Positions 10,843 to 19,987 of a stretch of DNA of 64,000 nt are shown here, in pieces. The position numbers and the translations under genes are program-made. Numbering within the stretch: the stretch's first letter is position 1; each line of letters opens with the position of its first letter. The stretch lies in assembly GCA_963744145.1 (NCBI GenBank), contig CAVUSO010000001.1:3264001-3328000 (forward strand), in the 5' to 3' direction. The notes under the pieces were generated by a model. The model did not search any database. It was given only the letters and a program-made list of their open reading frames with translations, and was not told where the DNA came from. The stretch comes from an uncultured cyanobacterium (GTDB lineage Bacteria > Cyanobacteriota > Cyanobacteriia > Cyanobacteriales > CAWUOF01).

Positions 10843-11478
10843 TCATGCCTCATTCGTTTGGGGCAAACCGGCTTGAAAAATCTGTTCTGCTGTTAGTTGC
10901 AATTCTGGAAATGCAGGCGATTCAATGCGATCACTTCCCCGAAACTGTTTGACCTGATACTCCCCATCTATCAGTTGGCAAACTGAGATGGTGGGTTGTT
11001 TGGGATTGCCAATAAACCGTCTACCACCCAAACCCCGATAGTCAACGATCCAATATTCGGGTATGCCAAAAAGTTCATATTCCCCCATTTTCATCAGATA
11101 ATCATCTTGCCAGTTGGTACTGACTACCTCTACAGCCAGTCGTATCGAAGCGCCCATCGTGATGACAGATTCTTTCTGCCAACGTGGTTCGTTTAAGAGC
11201 GCAGTTCGGTCTAGAACAATTATATCGGGCTGATAACCTGATTCGTTACGGGCGGGTTTAAGTAGACAATCACCGGGAATAGAGTAAGGCAATTCGCGAC
11301 GGTCAATTTCAACTGCTAGTTTTAAGCTGATCAAACCTGTAACATCGGAATGATCGCCAGTTCCTAAAGGCATTTCAATAATTATTCCGTTGTGTAGTTC
11401 GTAGTAGTACGGCGAATTTTCTGGATACCATGCAACGAACTCATCAAAAGTGACTGTTTTAGCTATGGTTTGAATCAT
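10843..11478 (-). CDS. Uma2 family endonuclease
   Basis: ELHNG, PDIIVL, EVVS and GIPEYWIVD motifs. Confidence 0.93.
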   Translation of the reverse strand: MIQTIAKTVTFDEFVAWYPENSPYYYELHNGIIIEMPLGTGDHSDVTGLISLKLAVEIDRRELPYSIPGDCLLKPARNESGYQPDIIVLDRTALLNEPRWQKESVITMGASIRLAVEVVSTNWQDDYLMKMGEYELFGIPEYWIVDYRGLGGRRFIGNPKQPTISVCQLIDGEYQVKQFRGSDRIESPAFPELQLTAEQIFQAGLPQTNEA

Positions 11479-11506
11479 GGTTTTTTCTTCGCTTTTTGAG
11501 GTTTTG

Positions 11507-11607
11507 GGGGCGACAATTGAACGCTCAAATGAGTAATATTAGACCCGAATGCTTCGCCCAACTTCCGTCGATATCTCCCAAAATATCCTTAAACGAACCA
11601 TATTGGT
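11507..11607 (+). repeat. Partial REP/REPIN-MITE repeat (family also at 15853, 39865, 49721)
   Basis: gggcgacaattga...gtaatatta.acccgaatgcttcgccc...gatatctcccaaaa shared with the other copies. Confidence 0.8.
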
Positions 11608-11749
11608 AGTGAAGCGATCGCTTGAAGAGGTCTTGTTACAAAACTTTACATCGTGTCCTATTTTTCAGTTATGTCGGTATAATCTCTACCAGTCGATCGC
11701 CTAAATGATTGAGATTCAGCATTACTAGACGGAATATAGGTAAAAATAA

Positions 11750-14700
11750 ATGAACCGGAGAGCTTTAGTAGTCGGGATTAACCGATACCCTTTTATCAAA
11801 AATTTGGAAAGACCAGCTTCTGATGCAGAGGCGATCGCTCATCTCCTAGAAAATCATGGTGGCTTTCAAGTGCGTCGGTTGCCTGCTGGGATAGGAGATG
11901 ATAGATTTAACGTCAATCCTAAACCTGGTAATGGAGAAGAAAATGTTAACATCACGATATTAGAAGAAGAAATTATCAAATTGTTCGCGATCGGAGAAAC
12001 AGATTGCCCTGATCTAGCCTTGCTGTTTTTTGCTGGACACGGTTTGCGAAAACCACGAGGATTAAAAGAAGGATTTTTAGCTACTAGCGAGGCTTGTCCT
12101 AGAAAAGAAGTATATGGTTTTGCTTTAAATTCCTTACGAGATATTTTAGAAGCAAGTGAAGTTAAACAGCAAGTAATTTGGTTAGATTGTTGTCATAGTG
12201 GTAAATTTATTGATGTATTAGATAAAGCTGATCCAAGAAATGCAGGTAAAGTACGCGATCGCTGTTTTATTGCTGCTTGTAGTGCTTCAGAAACTGCTTA
12301 TGGAACTGGCGAACATGGGTTACTAACTAGCATTCTTTTACAAGGACTCGATCCGCAGGGGTGTGAAGTTAATGAGTGGATAAATAACCTTTCTTTAGCA
12401 GCGTTTGTTAACGATAATGAAGACTGGCGAAACTTTGATCAGCGTCCAGTCTTTAACAATTCGGGCGGGGAAATTCAACTCATTAAAGGAGGAAAAAGTC
12501 AGCAAAATCTAGTTGAAAATTCTTTGGTAAATCAACCCGGATGCTCGAATATTAATATAGGAACAAGGAAAATCCTTCACGTCAGTTTAAGTGAACAGGA
12601 CGAAGATTATGCTTCTGTGCGCTACTTTTGGGAGAATTCGGCTGATGGCAAAGAACATAAATTGTCTCTGGCTGAAATTAAAGATTTAGGTAATCAAGCA
12701 GAAGCTGATTTAACTCGTAGCCCTGTGGATTATGCTACTACTGGACAATTACTCTACAATTGGTTAGATCAGAGCGATCGCTTCCTAACTAATGCCTTAA
12801 ATCAGTCCGATCGGAAAGAGTTAATCATTGCGATCGCGACTGATCAAAAACTAGCAAAATTGCCTTGGGAATTGTTGCATGATGGGAATTGTTTCTTAGT
12901 AGAGAAAAGACCTGCTATTATTCCGGTGCGGTGGGTGTCTAATGGTCAACCGATCGCGATCGCTAATTCTCCGCAAAATCGACCTCTTAATTTATTATTT
13001 ATGGCGACTTCTCCTTTGGGAGTTGAACCCGAATTAGATTATGAAGCAGAAGAAGGGCAAATTTTAGAGGCAACCCAGCGTGCTTCAGTGGACTTAATAG
13101 TAGAAGAAAGTGGCTGTTTAGATGAATTGAGTTATGTGGTTCGGGAATATGAAAAAGGCTATTTTGATATTTTTCATTTAACAGGTCATACGACTACTGA
13201 GGAGAAAAAACCTTGCTTTTTGACTGAAGATGAATACGGCAACCGAGTTAATAGTAGTACCGCTGACATTTATGATGCACTGACATCCTCATTACCGCCT
13301 TTAATTTTCCTATCTGGTTGTCGAACTGGTTATTCTTCTAAAGACACAGTTCCCTCAATGGCAGAAGAATTATTAAGGATAGGAGGAACAGCAGTTTTAG
13401 GATGGGGAGAAAGAGTCCGGGATACCGATGCAACAGCGGCTGCTAGTATATTTTATCGTCTTTTGTCTCAGGGAGAAGCGATTACAGATGCACTATCTTC
13501 TACCTATCAAACACTGATTAAACAACAGTCACGCGATTGGCATCAATTACGGTTATATGTGTCAAATATCATCCCCCAGGCGTTAGTAACTCCTTTAAGA
13601 ACAAAGGGACGAAAACAATTGCCCAAACCGACGACAACAAGCCAATTTAGGGATGATGAGCAGAAGTTAAGAGTAGCGAGTAGAAAAGATTTTGTTGGTC
13701 GTCGTCGTCAGTTACAAAACTGTTTGCGAACTCTGAAGGGAGATCAGGAAAAAGTAGGTGTATTAATTCACGGGATGGGGGGATTAGGAAAAAGTAGCAT
13801 TGCCTCTCGATTGTGGGATAGACTATCTGAACATGAAAAAGTTCTATGGTGGCGACAAATTGATAACTCAAACTTAATCAAAAAGCTATCGTCTAAATTA
13901 ATTAAACCAGAGTTACGGGATATTCGTAATGATTTAAACGCTAGCGATGACAGTTTAGACATTAAACTCGCTAATTTGTTCAATCAATTAGTAGGACAGA
14001 GAGAAAAACCATTTCTCCTGATTCTTGATGATTTTGAATGGAATCTCGAAGACAATCAAGGTCGATTCATTCTCAATCCTGAAGTGAAAACAGTTTTGTC
14101 AGCCTTAGTCTGGGCTATCCAAGAAACGGGAACTAAACATCGGATTTTAATTACCTGTCGCTATGAGTTTGATTCTGAGTTATTGGAGTTTTTCTTCTCA
14201 CAAGGTCTAGAATCTTTTAGAAAATCTGAATTAACTAAAAAGCTTACCCGCTTAGAACATTTTAGTTCGGAGCGGCTCTCTGAAGATATACGCGATCGGG
14301 CGCTAAGTTTAGCCGATGGCAATCCTCGTTTACTGGAATATCTCAATGATGAAGTTTTAGGTGAACCAGATGCAGCAGCTAAATTAACAGAACTAGAACA
14401 AAGTCCCGAACTGTGGAAAAACAAAATTATTTGGTCAGACCTGTATAAGCTTATTGATGAGCCATTACAACGGGTTCTTAGCCATTGCTTAATTTATGAA
14501 ATTCCTGTACCAATGGGAGCTTTAGAAGTAGTTTGTGCTGCTCTTCCTAATTACCAACAGCAATTACATCGAGGGCAAGAGCTGGGACTCATTGAAATCA
14601 GTCCTGACGTTCAAGCAGAAAATCAAGTCTTTCGTGTCTCTCGAATTTTACCTCATATCATTCCTAATATCCGACTTCCTGAAGCACCTGAAGTTTATTC

Positions 14701-15397
14701 TTTATACAAGAAAGCTTATGAAATATTACATCAGTTATGGGGAAATCAACAAAATAGAAGTCAGGAAAAGTGGCAGGAGATTTTTCGGTTATTGTTTGCC
14801 GATCGAGAAAATCCAGAACGATTCAGACAGGGATTCTATGAGATGTTGGCAGTTCAAGGTAATTATCAAGCAGATGAAAACGCAAATATTGCCTTAGAGT
14901 CAGAACTGATACAACGGAAAGATGAATTATCAACAGAGAATCTTTGCAGTCAATTAGAGAATTATTTAAGTCAACAAGAATGGAGAAAAGCTGACGAGGA
15001 AACTGCCTGGATTTTTTATCAAATGATGGTGCAGCATGACGATGAAGGTAGGATGGTGGTATGCAAGAACATTCCCAGCGAAACCCTCAACCAGATCGAT
15101 CAGCTTTGGGTTAATAACAGTCAAGGACGTTTTGGATTCAGCATTCAAAAGCGAATCTGGGAAAGTGTGGGCGGACATCCACATGCAGATTTTGAAAAAA
15201 TATTTGAAAAATTTGGTGATAAAGTAGGATGGAGAAAAGATGGCTTCTGGTTGTCAGAGCTTACTTTTAATAATAACACCACTACTCCTTTTAGCCACCT
15301 CCCGGCCACCTCCCTTTTCCTGGTGTATGCGTGGGATGGGGTATTACTAGGAATGTGGTGGTTTTTGAGTTATCTTTTCTCGCGCAAAGACTTGTAA
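11750..15397 (+). CDS. Caspase (C14) + CHAT + P-loop NTPase + GUN4-domain protein
   Basis: FAGHG/LDCCHSG caspase dyad; FHLTGH/LSGCRTG CHAT dyad; Walker A GMGGLGKS and Walker B LILDDFE; GUN4 motifs WRKADEET, IDQLWVNNSQGRFGFSIQKRIW, VGWR, HLP. Confidence 0.88.
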   Translation: MNRRALVVGINRYPFIKNLERPASDAEAIAHLLENHGGFQVRRLPAGIGDDRFNVNPKPGNGEENVNITILEEEIIKLFAIGETDCPDLALLFFAGHGLRKPRGLKEGFLATSEACPRKEVYGFALNSLRDILEASEVKQQVIWLDCCHSGKFIDVLDKADPRNAGKVRDRCFIAACSASETAYGTGEHGLLTSILLQGLDPQGCEVNEWINNLSLAAFVNDNEDWRNFDQRPVFNNSGGEIQLIKGGKSQQNLVENSLVNQPGCSNINIGTRKILHVSLSEQDEDYASVRYFWENSADGKEHKLSLAEIKDLGNQAEADLTRSPVDYATTGQLLYNWLDQSDRFLTNALNQSDRKELIIAIATDQKLAKLPWELLHDGNCFLVEKRPAIIPVRWVSNGQPIAIANSPQNRPLNLLFMATSPLGVEPELDYEAEEGQILEATQRASVDLIVEESGCLDELSYVVREYEKGYFDIFHLTGHTTTEEKKPCFLTEDEYGNRVNSSTADIYDALTSSLPPLIFLSGCRTGYSSKDTVPSMAEELLRIGGTAVLGWGERVRDTDATAAASIFYRLLSQGEAITDALSSTYQTLIKQQSRDWHQLRLYVSNIIPQALVTPLRTKGRKQLPKPTTTSQFRDDEQKLRVASRKDFVGRRRQLQNCLRTLKGDQEKVGVLIHGMGGLGKSSIASRLWDRLSEHEKVLWWRQIDNSNLIKKLSSKLIKPELRDIRNDLNASDDSLDIKLANLFNQLVGQREKPFLLILDDFEWNLEDNQGRFILNPEVKTVLSALVWAIQETGTKHRILITCRYEFDSELLEFFFSQGLESFRKSELTKKLTRLEHFSSERLSEDIRDRALSLADGNPRLLEYLNDEVLGEPDAAAKLTELEQSPELWKNKIIWSDLYKLIDEPLQRVLSHCLIYEIPVPMGALEVVCAALPNYQQQLHRGQELGLIEISPDVQAENQVFRVSRILPHIIPNIRLPEAPEVYSLYKKAYEILHQLWGNQQNRSQEKWQEIFRLLFADRENPERFRQGFYEMLAVQGNYQADENANIALESELIQRKDELSTENLCSQLENYLSQQEWRKADEETAWIFYQMMVQHDDEGRMVVCKNIPSETLNQIDQLWVNNSQGRFGFSIQKRIWESVGGHPHADFEKIFEKFGDKVGWRKDGFWLSELTFNNNTTTPFSHLPATSLFLVYAWDGVLLGMWWFLSYLFSRKDL

Positions 15398-15450
15398 ACT
15401 TTAAGAGATAACAATTTCAGGCCATTTGTCAAGCTTATTTTTGCTACTAA
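15375..15450 (+). repeat. Conserved 3' element of GUN4-domain genes, copy 1 (stops in three frames, antisense promoter-like)
   Basis: About 80% identical to 46144-46220 by manual alignment, including ~50 bp of non-coding DNA. Confidence 0.85.
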
Positions 15451-15852
15451 TTTTTACGAAAACATCGGCTTTTTCCTAACTCAATACCTGGCACTGTTCC
15501 GTCCGTCCGTCGTTTGTCTGTTTTTGGAATATGGACAGAAGAAAGACAGAATGGCCAGGTGACCAGAACAACACAAACTAAGAATCATTAAAAAACTGTG
15601 CAGCGACCTTGGGGTCATAGCAATTAGCCATCACAAACTTTTCAGCCAGATGATGTAGTCGATCGCATTTGGTGGGATAGCTGAGGTGCGATCGCGTAAG
15701 TCAACATTCACTGACTGAAAATTGCGCCAATTTTTCAGAGCTATATGGGAGATCATCCTGGTGTTAACCGAATAATTTTTTAAAGATTCAAACCCGCGAT
15801 CGCCCACAAGTGTCAGTCAAGAAAAAATTGACAAAAAGAACGAAGTATCTCA

Positions 15853-16190
15853 GTAGGGGCTTTCGCATTCGGGCGACAATTGAACAATCAAACTGTACCC
15901 TGAGTTTACCCTGAGCGTAGCCGAAGGGCGTAGTCGAAGGGCAGTAATATTATACCCGAATGCTTCGCCCAGTCTGCGCCGATATCTCCCAAAAAATTCT
16001 GAACTGAATGTATTTTAATATATATTTGATCTGTTGGCTGCATAGATGGTAAGGGCAAAGCATTTCGGTAATATTATACTTCCCTTCGACTACGCCCTTC
16101 GACTCCGCTCAGGGTAAACTCAGGGTAAACGTTTAAGCAATCATTTATTCGCCGAAATGCTTTGCCCCTACAATTAACTGAACCGGATTG
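15853..16190. repeat. Two adjacent GTAG-type REP doublets (REPIN/MITE), each carrying a nested 48-bp insert
   Basis: GTAGGGGC...GCATTCGG...CCGAATGCTTCGCCC and GTAAGGGCAAAGCATTTCGG...CCGAAATGCTTTGCCCCTAC inverted arms. Confidence 0.85.
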
Positions 16191-16296
16191 AATTATAGTT
16201 ACCATCGAATCATATTCAAACTCTCAATCCCGCGATCGCCTGTACTTTAAACATCAGCTCATCAACTTGCTACTGGACGCTTCCCCGCTCATACAG

Positions 16297-17753
16297 CAGG
16301 GTAAGAGCATCTCAATTAGGCTTGACACAAGGATTAAGAAGGATCTAATGTAGACTCAGAGAAACAAGAAAGGAGGATTTGGAGCATATAATTATTATCC
16401 ATAGCAGCGCGTTTACTTTTCTGGCGTAAACTGCGTTTGTAAGTTGACTCGCGATTAAGAGCGTTGAGAGCTAATCGTCTGAGCAGAGAAAAGTTACGAG
16501 GACTGTGAAAAGAACGAATGCGACAGCTATCTTCAAAAAAAGTACAATCTAAAGTCCAGTGTGCAGAATTTTCGATTTCCCAATGTTGACGAATAGCTCG
16601 ACCTATGAATTCAGCATTGTTGTCTAAAGAAGTAAGATAGTATTGAGTCTCGCAAGTAGTTTTGTTCCAAAGATGACGGATACGATGAATGATGACAATA
16701 CTTTTTAAACCTGCCCATAATTTGGGTTGGTAAAGGTCAGGAATGGCCGTAATAGGGAGCACCCAAACTTCACGAATTTCCACCCGATGATGCCCTTTCT
16801 CAATCCGTTTGTCATGAGTGAAATCAATTCCTGAAAAATTATTTTTCTGTGCAGTTTGGAAGAATTGTTGTACCTGATTATGTAAAGTTGGATGATTGGC
16901 TTTAAGTGTCAGAATATAATCAGCTTTTTTATCAATAATCTTTTGAGCAATTTCGGTTTGGGTCCCCATCGCATCAATAGTAATAATTGAGCCAGCGATA
17001 TCAAGTAACTCTAGTAATGCTGGAATAGCTGTAATTTCATTGGATTTATCTTGGACTTTCATTTGTGCTAAAACTAATCGTTGTTCACTAGCCCACGCAC
17101 TAATCAAATGTAATGCTGATTGTCCTTGATTTCGGTCATAGGAACCTCTGACAGTCTTCCCATCTATGGCAATTACTTCTCCTCCCATTTGAGTAACTAA
17201 GGTGTTTACCCAAGCTTGAAAACATTGCTCCAATTGGTTGGGGTTAATACTTTCAAATACTCGACGAAAGGTATCATCTGAGGGAATACCATTGGGTAAT
17301 TCTAAAAACTCTTCTAGCCAAATTTGTTTACTAATCCCATAATTCTCAATGTCTTCCCAGCCTTGTGCTCCAGCTATTATGACCAGAATTGCCATCACTA
17401 AAATGTCTATCAATAAGTGTTTTTTTGTTCGGTTTACTCTCGGGTCTTCAACATCTTCAAAATGCTTGACTAAACTCTGTTGTATTTCCATCAAGTCAGC
17501 TACTACTTGGTTTTTCCTAGCAGAATGGGAGTTTTGTTTAGCATTAGCTATATTGATATCGAACCCTTGAGACATTTGAATATTCCTGGAGATTATGAGT
17601 TGGACGGTATAGTTTTTCACCTACCACTCTCTATGCTCTTTTGTCAACTATTTTCTCTACCAGATTTGTGATGTTCTGATCTCGATGGCTATATTTCATA
17701 TTTGATGAAAATATTCTGTATCCTCGGTGACAAAATTAGATGCGCTAACCCTG
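16297..17753 (-). mobile_element. ISAs1 family insertion sequence with 10-bp TSD
   Basis: TIRs CAGGGTAAGAGCATCTCAATT / AATTAGATGCGCTAACCCTG; GCTCATACAG duplicated at 16287-16296 and 17754-17763. Confidence 0.95.
16334..17575 (-). CDS. ISAs1 family DDE transposase
   Basis: DPRV..TKKH, GIPSDDTFRRVF, IAIDGK, KSNEITAIP, DAMGTQ, HWEIENSAHWTLD; intact ORF. Confidence 0.96.
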   Translation of the reverse strand: MSQGFDINIANAKQNSHSARKNQVVADLMEIQQSLVKHFEDVEDPRVNRTKKHLLIDILVMAILVIIAGAQGWEDIENYGISKQIWLEEFLELPNGIPSDDTFRRVFESINPNQLEQCFQAWVNTLVTQMGGEVIAIDGKTVRGSYDRNQGQSALHLISAWASEQRLVLAQMKVQDKSNEITAIPALLELLDIAGSIITIDAMGTQTEIAQKIIDKKADYILTLKANHPTLHNQVQQFFQTAQKNNFSGIDFTHDKRIEKGHHRVEIREVWVLPITAIPDLYQPKLWAGLKSIVIIHRIRHLWNKTTCETQYYLTSLDNNAEFIGRAIRQHWEIENSAHWTLDCTFFEDSCRIRSFHSPRNFSLLRRLALNALNRESTYKRSLRQKSKRAAMDNNYMLQILLSCFSESTLDPS

Positions 17754-17799
17754 GCTCATACAGTAGAATGAGTACGCGAGTTTTGTGAAATAACCACAA

Positions 17800-17898
17800 G
17801 TTTTTGTTAGTGATTAGTCCCCAAAAATCGCATCAACACTAATCACGCTTGTCCGGAAATGAAAGAGGCGAGATACTTTCACCGCGTCTAAATTGTTG
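17800..17898 (-). pseudogene. 3' fragment of a Uma2 gene (copy A of a ~100-bp direct repeat)
   Basis: Matches the 3' ends of Uma2 29134-29712 and 35316-35900 and the fragment at 19701-19838. Confidence 0.85.
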
Positions 17899-17945
17899 TT
17901 TGCTCAGTAAATCTTTCAGAGCGTCTATCCGGTTAATTAGTTTTG

Positions 17946-18296
17946 TTAACCTTGTCCGTTGCCTTGGTTTCGTTGTTGCAGTTGTAAATATTCCCAGATG
18001 CGTCTAATCTCGGTTCGATCTTCTGCGCCACGTTGAGCCAATTCCAGCATTAACCCAGACAAGTTTGTAACGGTAGTTGTCAATTGCTGCTGGCTATATG
18101 TTAGAGAATTTACTCGTTCAGTCAGGGAATCTATTTTTTCAGTTAGGCTCACTAACTTCTTGTCAAAAACTGAATTTTCTTCCTGAAGTACGAGAATTTC
18201 ATCAAGCAAAATATTCGTTCTTTTTCCAAACTCTGTCTCGTCCTGGGTGACTCTTTCTCTCAAAGCTGATACTTGTTCTTGTATTGAAGTTTCCAT
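17946..18296 (-). CDS. Small coiled-coil hypothetical protein
   Basis: Heptad-like pattern ending EIRRIWEYL, a common cyanobacterial small-protein tail. Confidence 0.7.
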   Translation of the reverse strand: METSIQEQVSALRERVTQDETEFGKRTNILLDEILVLQEENSVFDKKLVSLTEKIDSLTERVNSLTYSQQQLTTTVTNLSGLMLELAQRGAEDRTEIRRIWEYLQLQQRNQGNGQG

Positions 18297-18575
18297 ACTG
18301 ATTAGGTGCTTAGGTTGAAATTTATTATAGTGTCTGTTGCGATCGCAGTCCTACAGGCTGATAGTCCCGTAGGCGATCCAATTCTCCCTCGCATATTTGG
18401 GATTGCTTGATTTCTTGAAAAGTGGTGATCTGGATGTTGGGGATAACTGCGTTCACGTAGTACCGTAGGTAATCGCTTGCTCCAAGTCTGCTTTGGAATT
18501 GCCATTAAAGCAAGTATCTTAATAAATCTTTGCATCGTATCTTATTTTGAACATACCCCGGCTAGACCCCTATAT

Positions 18576-19166
18576 CTATCTCTGATTTTGGCGGTTTAGA
18601 TAATCAGAGATCCCATATTCATCTGGTAGTGGAGAGCGATATCCTTCGTTTTTCATAAATGTATGAATTACATCAGCATCGGATAAACTCAGGATGTTGG
18701 ATGAAACAGCTTTGACTAAAATCCCCAAAGTTCCGGTGATTTCTATACCACATTCTTTAGCAAAATTTCTCGCTGCTTTGTCATCAGTGGCAAATACCCA
18801 AGAACGAGTGCCAGCCACTGCCATTGATTCTGACTCTCCCTTCCCAAAACGTTGTTGATACTCATTCATAAGTTGAAGTTCTACAATATCCAGTGCTGGA
18901 TTTACTCCAATACTAGGAAATTGAAGCCATCCATCATCTACTGCTTGCTTGATTATTTGTAGTTTGGTTCTACTCTGCAACAATGGCTCTCTTTGCCCAC
19001 ACTCTATGCCCGCTTGAACTTCCTGTAAAACTGCATTGCAAATAAACGCTCTACCTTTGTAACTACTTTCTAGAATATAAAAAACTTCTGCCAGTGCAAA
19101 ATTCCTCAGAACAGTAGTATCAAAAATAATTGGTACTACATCTACTTCATGCGTTTCTGATATCAT
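18576..19166 (-). CDS. PIN-domain toxin (DUF3368-like)
   Basis: FDTTVL, GKGESES, ATDDKAAR, ITGTLGIL motifs. Confidence 0.85.
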   Translation of the reverse strand: MISETHEVDVVPIIFDTTVLRNFALAEVFYILESSYKGRAFICNAVLQEVQAGIECGQREPLLQSRTKLQIIKQAVDDGWLQFPSIGVNPALDIVELQLMNEYQQRFGKGESESMAVAGTRSWVFATDDKAARNFAKECGIEITGTLGILVKAVSSNILSLSDADVIHTFMKNEGYRSPLPDEYGISDYLNRQNQR

Positions 19167-19389
19167 CCAATAGCTCTAATTCATCGTTTATCCCCAAATT
19201 TAATGGAATCTTATGAACCATAAGCTGAAAACGGGCTTCTTCAATCGAAATTGCTAGTATTTCAGCCAATTTGGCCAAACTAATCTCTCCCACACAATAT
19301 GCTTCAAAAGCACATTGCTTAACTTGCCACATTAATTTATTTACTAACGGGTTCTTAAGCCTAATCTTGTTAAGTATGTCCATTTTCAA
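19147..19389 (-). CDS. UPF0175 family antitoxin
   Basis: GEISLAKLAEILAIS HTH, overlapping the PIN gene. Confidence 0.8.
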   Translation of the reverse strand: MKMDILNKIRLKNPLVNKLMWQVKQCAFEAYCVGEISLAKLAEILAISIEEARFQLMVHKIPLNLGINDELELLDDIRNA

Positions 19390-19700
19390 TATATTTAGAC
19401 AGGATATTTATATAACTATCATATTACAAGATTTTCATCTATCCGTTTCCTAAAATCTACTAGAGCGCCAGAAAAGTAGGGGCGAAGCATTCCGGCAGAT
19501 TTGTTATGGATCAGAACCTTTGATTCTTTGGGCTTCTTCTCGAAGACTTGGACATTTGCCTCTTCGGGCACGAACCCATCATCAGTAGGTTTCCCCAGTT
19601 TCCCTGCGATCGCTGCTACCCACAGAGGAAAAGTAGCCCGCTACGCGATTACATAAGGTACACTACGTGAAGTACGGGCGTATGGCAATACGCCCCTACT

Positions 19701-19838
19701 GTTTTTGTTAGTGATTAGTCCTCAAAAATCGCATCAATACTAATCACGCTTGTCCGGAAATGAAAGAGGTGAGATCCTTTCACCGCGTCTAAACTGTTGG
19801 ATACTTTCATAACCATTAGTACCGGGATTGCGATAAAC
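19701..19838 (-). pseudogene. 3' fragment of a Uma2 gene (copy B)
   Basis: Encodes VYRNPGTNGYESIQQFRRGERISPLSFPD, with the same +1 frameshift as copy A. Confidence 0.85.
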
Positions 19839-19987
19839 AATGCCAAAGAGTTTTCGCCCCAATTCACTATCCGTGGGAAAATCTGGTGGGCATGAGTGTG
19901 ACCGGGAACACCATCGAAGGGTTGTTCTTTGACTTTTTTCTAGTCCGTTGAACTTACCTTAAATTTATTAAACCAAGGCTGAAAAAA

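Noticed and set aside
15294..15450. Classical DGR (TR/VR pair with A-specific mismatches)
   Set aside because: No reverse transcriptase, Avd or template repeat seen; the two tips differ by length and do not align, unlike A-to-N substitution.
18302..18535. 77-aa ORF
   Set aside because: Runs through a dispersed repeat (about 18449-18477) and has no recognisable motif; probably debris.
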